Below, one piece after another: positions 55,691 through 64,000 of a stretch of DNA of 64,000 bases. The notes below the pieces were generated by a model. It was given only the letters and a program-made list of their open reading frames with translations, made no database searches and had not been told where the DNA came from. How positions within the stretch are numbered: the stretch's first letter is position 1; every line of letters starts with the position of its first letter. The stretch covers positions 38,192,001 to 38,256,000 of the forward strand of contig OX597826.1 in NCBI GenBank assembly GCA_951406725.2. Direction: 5' to 3'. Position numbers and translations under genes: made by a program. This DNA comes from Octopus vulgaris (lineage: Eukaryota).

Positions 55691-56277
55691 GCCATTCGAC
55701 GTTAAAAAAAAATCCTGTTATATTTTTATAATTAAATACTATTAAGAATTGTATTAAAAACAATTGTTAAAATATTTTGTGTTGTAGAATTATAACTAAT
55801 TTAATGCAGATAAATCTTAGCAAGAAAATGTGATATGGACCTCCAAAGGTCAAGTGAACTCCAGGGAAGAACCACTGGCTTTAACTGTTGCTTTGTAGTC
55901 TTAGATATATTTTAGTAAGAGGGTCTTTACATAGGTGATTGTGATAGTTAAAAACAAATCAACATCGATCTCTTTGGCTTTGTGCTACACTGTGCACCAG
56001 TTCAGGTTGGGCAATTGAGAGGAGACGGTGCGGCAAGGACCTTGTGCTAGCCTCACTCCACTTCTGCGTAAAAACAAATTCTTTGTGCAGGTCGTTCAGT
56101 AACATCACGTGTTTATTTCTTTTTCTTTTTTCTTTTTCTTTTTATACAAAACAAAGGTGGGTACTGAGCACGACGTCGTTCTCAACTGTAAGATGGACTT
56201 ACCACCAAGAACGATGTGTGTGTGTATAAATAGATAATGTATGTGTGTATGTATGCGCGTGTGTGTGTGTGCATGTA

Positions 56278-56348
<71 letters not shown>

Positions 56349-56518
56349 TTACATACGTATATATACTTACATACATACAAACAAAAATACCCTGTCGTTG
56401 ATGTTAAAATTTCAATGAAGGAGCCTTGGATCTAGGTTAGAAACCGGTTCTTTCTCTTTTGGCAAGAAATCTTGAAATAAACTGAATAATGACATACATA
56501 CATACATACATACATACA

Positions 56519-56549
<31 letters not shown>

Positions 56550-57483
56550 GTATATACACCAGAGTGTTCGATAAATAGATAGTTAGACAGACGCACATAC
56601 ACACACAGAGACACGCACACACAAACACATGCATACATACAGCTCGAGGTGGGGCGGGGATATGATACCAACAACGACAAAGTGGTCAGGACAAAAAAAA
56701 GTCTGTGGAAATTCAATGCTTTTTTTTTAACATCAAACGAAAACGAATTCAGGAAAGATAAAAATAAAAACCCAGTTTAAAGGGAATTTTTGGAAATACT
56801 ACCCCAACATAAACAATGGGCTTTTTTTGTTTGGCTTTCTGTCAAAAATTTTTTTTTGAAAAAATAATACGTATATGAATATATCTTAGAGATGGTCTAG
56901 ATGACACAGCCACTAGAACCAAACATACATGATAAAATCACACATACATACATACATACATACACCCATGATTATACACAAATACATATATACCCGCATA
57001 TACTTGTGTGTGTGTGTGTCTGTGTATGTACCAATAGTCATAACTATAACACACTTCTACAAATATTCAACCAATAATTATACACATTCATACATACATA
57101 AGTACGTATACATTCGTCATACACATATATCCATAAATTGACTTACGCACCCACAAATACACATACATTCATCTTGATATATATATAAACACGTTGACAA
57201 CTTGCCACCTAATATCGACAAATACACATACATTAACATCATACTGCATATATATACACACACACTTATATACATATATATACTTACAAATATACATGTA
57301 AGTGGATGTATGTATGTATGTGTGTATGTATGTATGTATGTATGTATGTATGTATGTATGTATGTATGTATGTATGTATGTACGTATGAATGTATGTATG
57401 TATGTGTATACGTCTATGTGTATATACCAGCCACACGGCACATACACTCGTGGTTGACTAAATTTTCAGTGTCCTAATTTTTA

Positions 57484-57534
<51 letters not shown>

Positions 57535-57674
57535 TGCATACGAATTGTCTCTTGAGGTTCACAAGTGTATATATGTATATATGTTTCTATGTATATGTGC
57601 AAATGTGTGTGTGCACGTGTGCGTGTGTGTATGTGTTTGCATTACACTGCAAGGGGGAGAGTGAATAAGCGATA

Positions 57675-57721
<47 letters not shown>

Positions 57722-57884
57722 CGTGTGCAGGGTATCGAGGGCGAGGGTGGGAAGAGAGGGAGTCGGAGAAGAGAGGGTAGGGAGTGCCGTGTTGATGAGA
57801 GAAATCGCGGGTGGAAAACAAACGTCTGTCTTTCGTCTCATTGATATAAAATATCACCAAATTCCAACAATTTCAAATAAACAT

Positions 57885-57898
57885 GTTGTCATGGAAAC
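57885..57898. promoter_or_regulatory. RFX X-box-like motif
   Basis: GTTGTCATGGAAAC fits the GTYNYCATGGNAAC consensus and lies in unique sequence beside a G-rich, CpG-containing block. Confidence 0.35.
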
Positions 57899-59192
57899 AG
57901 TAAAAGTGTACATTCCATTCTTTGAGATTGGACACCCGAAATCATGAAGGAATATTCTAAGAACTGCTGCTAAATAAACACATTAGAGTTCACACTTAAT
58001 CGAAAAAGGGAGACATTACCAAGAAAAGGACCAAAGAATTCTTTGTTTTGGATCTACTAATGAAAGTGCAATGTTTTGTTTAGTTTTGTTTTTGTTTTTT
58101 TAATGTCAGAATGTTTGTTTTTAAAATGTGTTCAACATGTCCCTGTGGCCAGTCCCGGAGCGTGATCAAATCTCAAATCCTACTTGATGCTGTTGTTTAC
58201 GTTTTGAATTATTTTATTTACATCCGCAAGGAATTCTTGCTCACGGAGAGATTATGAGGACAAACTCAATCATATGAAGACATAAAAATCTTATTCGTTT
58301 GCTTCCTTAAACACGTTGGAATATTCTCGTGAGGAATATGTAAAACACAGATTTGGCTCTTGAGTGCAAATATTAATGTAACAGACTGATCTATGACCTC
58401 CGAAGAGATTCATAATGTCGGTATTTAGATCTAGATTCAACAGCATTTAGCAGAAGCCAGATACATTTTATTTCGGGTAGGATTACACCCGCAGAGAATC
58501 CACTATAGATTATCGCCTGGTAATTCAACAAATACTATTCATCTACCAACAACAGAGCCTCTATGTAGTTGCTCGACCTGCTATAAATAGTAACCAATAC
58601 TCCCTCAAATCATACACTAGTGCCTTAAATGAGAAAAGAACAGATAATCTAGCCATATATGTCTCTAAAAGGGATGGTCATGGCTGGAATATCTATAATC
58701 GAAGATATGTCTGATCGATCACAACTGGTGCCAGTGTTGTTGCTTTTTGTTTTTTTAATGATTTGACCTAGAGTAAAAGATAATCCCAGTGCCTTCTCAG
58801 GCTGTCCGACACGGTTGCGATTAACGTGGCAAACGTTTTTCTTGAATATTAACCAACATTGAAATAGCTTTAAAAAGAACTTTAGATATTTTGTTCATTA
58901 GAAATCACTAAAAACTGAGTTAGAGCAGAAACACGAAAACGGAAAATTGAATTACAAGGAATTTACTTGAAACAACCGTGATAAAATGCTGGAATAAACG
59001 TATGCCACCCCGAATCGAGTGATTAAGGACGCATACGCTATGTATGTATGTATGTATGTATGTATGTATGTATGTATGTATGTATGTATGTATGTATGTA
59101 TGTATGCATGTATGTTTATGTATGCATGCATGTGTAAAGAGAAAGAGAGAGAGAGAGAAAATGATCATGAGAACGAGATATACAGAAGTGAG

Positions 59193-59227
<35 letters not shown>

Positions 59228-59372
59228 TGCAAGAGTATATATACTTCCCATCCACATGGTTCTGGGTTCAGTCCCACCGCGTGGAACCTTGGGGAAGTGT
59301 CTTCTACTATAGCTTCGGGTTGACTAAAGCCTTGTGAGTGGATTTGGTAGACGGAAACTGAAAGAAGCCCTT

Positions 59373-59418
<46 letters not shown>

Positions 59419-59661
59419 TGGAACAAAAACGCTATAGAGGGCATTAAAGCGTTCGGACAGATAGATGATACAAAGGCGCACAAGAGAAACAACAATATGA
59501 AGGACAGACAAAAAAAGACGGGTCATTCTTGGCTTTCTTTCATCAGTCAAGATGGTTCGATCTGGTTGCCCCTAAAAAAGTCTAAGCTAAGAACATTAGA
59601 CCCCTTTGTAAGAAAGCTAACGAATGTGTACGGCAACAAAGACAAAAAACAAACATATATG

Positions 59662-59729
<68 letters not shown>

Positions 59730-59754
59730 CAATAATAAATCTCTAAGCGAGATG

Positions 59755-59817
<63 letters not shown>

Positions 59818-60372
59818 GAGAGAGAGAGAGAGATGCGTATATACTTACATATACGCCCATTCATAAGCACACAAACACACAAACACACACATACATACCT
59901 ACATATACACATGCACACTCGTACACACACAAACACTTACACAGATACACACACGGGCGTGCACATACTCATACACTCTCAAACACTTTCATTAATACAC
60001 ACAATACACACACACATACACACTTATACACATACACATACCCATTGCCAAGTTTATTCAGTCTCTTCGCGGATGTAATTTTCAATGGCATCTCACGTTT
60101 CATTATATTAGTATGGAGTGTTTAGTAAAAGCTATAAATAGTTCGATAGTTACTTGCCGGAGGACCCTCAAAAGGGATTCATATTCATTAAAAGATGCTG
60201 ATACTGTTTGTTTAAAGAAATATCTTAATTCTTATCTAGGATTTCCTCTTGCGATATCAACTTCCCGACAGTGGCCCATTTAAATATTTGCTGCTATCAG
60301 ATGTCGACGTAGAGCGAAAACCAGGAATTTCCTACTCAATTCACCAAAAGTTTCTTCACATTTTTGTTGATT

Positions 60373-60440
<68 letters not shown>

Positions 60441-60879
60441 ACTGCTGTTCTTGTTGCTCTTGGTTATTTTTATTGTTGTTTTGTCCCAAGTCAGCCCTGA
60501 CCAGATCTTTAATGATCGAAGGCGCTCCAATGTTGCGAGTGTAGGAGCTTCTTTCTTTTTCAGACATGTTGTACCTAAGACTGCATCGCCAATAGGTCTT
60601 ACCTTTTTTTTTTAATACAAAGTGTGATATGTCATAGCTCCTCCCAACTGGTCGGACAGCGCGTGAAGGCTTCCCTGTTGACCTGTCGTTTATGTTTTTG
60701 TGAGGTGGAGTGAGCTGTTTGTTTTGTTTTGTTTTTTTCTTGTTGGTGTTTAAATTAAGATGAACTTATTCGGTAGTTTAGGTGAGTCCTATGGCCTTAA
60801 CGAATCGTTCTGCAGCGTGTTTAGAGAAAGGTCGGGAAAGATCTACTCACACAGCCAAAGAAAGAAATAGATAGAGAGA

Positions 60880-61075
60880 GTTTACGAAAAAAACAAAAGA
60901 CGAAGACAGGTGGTGTACAAAACAAACAGATGTATTAGTATAATGTTCAGGAATAGAAAAAGTATTTTACGTTTCGAGCCTACGCTCTTCTACAGAAAGG
61001 GACACAGAAAAAAATAAACAAGGAGAGAAACAAGGAGAGAAAAAAAAGTGTGTAGTGGCTAACGATCTATCATGG
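60880..61075 (-). mobile_element. PLE pseudo-LTR fragment of the same family as 27620-27815, with HHR motif at 60965-60999
   Basis: Reverse complement reads cttt CTGTAGA a GAGC-gtag-GCTC GAAA cg TA aaa, with the same flanks (TAATACATCTGTTTGTT..ACACCACCTG). Confidence 0.75.
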
Positions 61076-61077
61076 CG

Positions 61078-61133
<56 letters not shown>

Positions 61134-61141
61134 TTTCTCTT

Positions 61142-61174
<33 letters not shown>

Positions 61175-61462
61175 TGAATACATACACGCACACACAAGCT
61201 CACACACAAACACGTGTGCTTTTTCACCCTCGGTGGCCTTTGTCTATTATAAACTAGAAGATGCGAAATCTAACAACTATTAACAACAAAGAATTTTGCT
61301 TCAGTTAATCAACCAAGACTTACATTTTTAATAAATTCGTTGACAGTAACTTCGAAGTTTCACTGAATGTAAAGTTTATTCATACTGTTTTGAATAAGTA
61401 GTACTACCAGCGAAACTTTGAAAATACTGTCAAGAAAATATTTATCATCATCATCATCATCA

Positions 61463-61519
<57 letters not shown>

Positions 61520-61520
<1 letters not shown>

Positions 61521-61824
61521 CTCCGTGCTGGAGGCACGTAACAAACACCATCCGATCGTGGCCGTGCCAGCCTCGCCTGGCCTCCGTGCCGGTGGCACGT
61601 AAAAAACACCATCCGAGCGTGGCCGTTCGCCAGCCTCGTCTGGCACCTGTGTCGGTGGCACATAAAAAGCACCCACTAAACTCACGGAGTGGTTGGCGTT
61701 AGGAAGGGCATCCAGCTGTAGAAACACTGCCAGATCTGACTGGCCTGGTGCAGCCTCCGGGCTTCCCAGACCCCAGTTGAACCGTCCAACCCATGCTAGC
61801 ATGGAAAGCGGACGTTAAACGATG

Positions 61825-61826
<2 letters not shown>
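61520..61826 (+). mobile_element. 3' part of an RTE-related SINE/non-autonomous element with internal ~60-bp tandem units
   Basis: GGCAC(G/A)TAA(A)AA(A/G)CACC repeated three times, GTTAGGAAGGGCATCCAGCTGTAG, and a GGACGTTAAACGATGAT tail into (ATT)n. Confidence 0.65.
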
Positions 61827-61886
<60 letters not shown>

Positions 61887-61924
61887 CAGTATTGTTATTA
61901 TTATCAGTATTGTTATTATTATTA

Positions 61925-62830
61925 TTGTGGGTTTCCTTTAAAATGAAAATCAGAGAGGCGTCCGTTAGTTTTAGCAAAGAATTGCTTTAGAAAGCAATAG
62001 GATAGAAAATGAGGTGTTAGCGGCGAAAATGGCACCTGAACATTACTTCGACGTCAAACACAGGTGCGGGCGATGAATCATGGAGCCCGGGTGGCGGAGG
62101 CACAAGATAACAAATCTTGAATTCGGTTTGTGATGGACGGTATCGGTCGTGTGCTCTCAGATTGCCGTGTTTCGGCAGCACTTCGCCGACCTCTTATCGA
62201 GGAGTGGCATACTTGAGACAGCGAACTTTGAAGCCTAACTCGATTGTATGTTGCGTCTATCAGACAAGGAGATCGGGTGTTGCGAGAAGCCGATTTCAGA
62301 GGAGGGAGTGGCGGATGTACTAAGCCGCTGTGTAGGATGCAAATCATTTGAAGGTCTGCTCTATGAACTATATTTCCACAGGTCTAACTTGTTTGTTCCG
62401 GTTTTGGCAGCCGTCTACTGCACCTAGCAACATACTGGGAGCATTCCCAATCGTGTGAGCTGAGGATGCGAATAAGGGGGGTGTGATGGAAAATTTCAGG
62501 CTCATAAGATTTTAGGCAAGATATTAGCCAAGGTGCTCTCCAAGAGGCTGGCGCTTGTCATCGATGGTGAAGTCGGGGATGCAGAAAATTGTGCGATCTC
62601 TAATAGATGTATTCATGACAACTTTTACTTCATGCGATACATCGTAGAATTGGTTGGGAATAGATCTGGCTTTGGAGGAGCTCAGTTCAATTTGGACCAG
62701 TCCAAATCATTTGACAAAGTGAACCATCGCTATCTAGTGTCTGTACTAAAAGCTGTCGGTTTCGATTCCGTCTTCAGAAGCTGGATGACCACAATGTATA
62801 GTGGCATCTTCCCTGACGTACATCGAACAA
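61925..62830 (+). pseudogene. Decayed Tx1/L1-clade LINE reverse transcriptase fragment
   Basis: KILAKVLSKRL..IHDN..LDQSKSFDKVNHRYLVSVLKAVGF matches the Tx1 RT motif LDQEKAFDRVDHxYL. Stops and frameshifts upstream. Confidence 0.85.
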
Positions 62831-63433
62831 AGTGCTAAGGGACATTTCTCCCGGGATTTTACGTTCTGAATTCAAATACCTCGAAGGTCGACTTTGCCGT
62901 TCATATTGTTGGAGTCGATGAAATGAAGTACGAGTCGAGCACCAAGGTCAATGCAATCGACTAGCTGCCACCCACCCTCCTAAAATTGCTGCCCTTCGGC
63001 CAAAACTGGAAGCAATTATTATTATATATTAAAGATAGGTATTCTTGTCTGAGGTGTATTCAGCCACTTACACAATTATTCAATGAAGAAACAGCTTATT
63101 TAAAAGCGTGGGGCGGTCGTCGTCGTGGTCGTAGTCGTAGTAGTGTGGTGATGATGATAATGATGATGATGATGAGGAGGAGGAGGAGGAGGGGGTGGGA
63201 ATGAGTGTAATCAATGCTGGCAGATGATCAAACATGGTATTGGGGTTTCCCCTGTCTGTTTGGCAAAGGAACTAATTTAGAAGGAGAAATATTTGTATCG
63301 GCTGAATGGAATGGTAGGGGAAGCGGGGATGCTGCAATAGCGCACACACACATATATATATACAGGTTGATGTGCGTATGCGTGTGTAGGTGTATGTATA
63401 CACATACATAAATACACACACACACACACACAC

Positions 63434-63493
<60 letters not shown>

Positions 63494-64000
63494 GTATATA
63501 TATATATATATATATATATTTCGGGATGGTCATTTGGTTTTGGTTTTGTCCAATAAACACACGCACTATATATGTTTTTTTCTTCACTCGTCTATTACTG
63601 TTCTTATTTTATTATTTTAACTCATGTCCATTGTCCGGAAATCTTTCGTCACACATCTGTGACCTCTTCGGCGACACTTTTTTGTTTTCGTGTATGTTCT
63701 TACTCCACCTGCCCCATTCTGTTCTTCTAAGATGTGTATCCTTATGTGCGCATGCGTTTGTGTCCTTGTATGCGTATGTGTGTGCGCGTGTGTGTGTCTT
63801 TCTGTCAGTGTTTTCCCTCCCATCATTGCCTGACAACCGATGTTGGTGTGACAACCGATGCTGGTGTGTTTACGTCCCTGTAAACTTGCGGTTCGGCAAA
63901 AGAGACCGATAGAATAAGGCTTATAAAGAATAAGTCCTGGAGTCGATTTCTTCGACTAAAAGGCGGTGTTCCAGCATGGCCACTGTCAAATGAATGAAAC

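Noticed and set aside
59515-59560. CUGAUGA on the minus strand (similarly CUGAAGA at about 43698 and CUGAGGA at about 2716)
   Set aside because: No properly placed stem II-GAAA-UH module could be found.

Overview
Eukaryotic, AT-rich, extremely microsatellite-dense DNA. The repeat content suggests an octopus (coleoid cephalopod) genome, but that is an inference. Nearly all ORFs in the supplied track are translations of simple repeats. The window appears to be intronic/upstream sequence of a minus-strand gene whose only supportable exons lie near the left end: a putative start exon ending at 8014 and a transmembrane exon at 1812-1924, together giving a short-N-terminus single-pass membrane protein. 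The rest is transposon debris: several tRNA-derived SINE families, decayed RTE and Tx1 LINE fragments, hAT, piggyBac, Tigger-like and Merlin-like MITEs (some nested), and many Penelope-like element (PLE) remnants inserted in (TA)n tracts. The most notable signal is about a dozen type I hammerhead ribozyme (HHR) motifs from several unrelated families. They include one fully canonical copy, recurrent U3:A8-covariant cores (UUGAAAA), inverted HHR pairs with a long stem II, and a tRNA-headed SINE-like element that carries an HHR. Several long fold-back palindromes are also present. All alignments and folds were done by eye.
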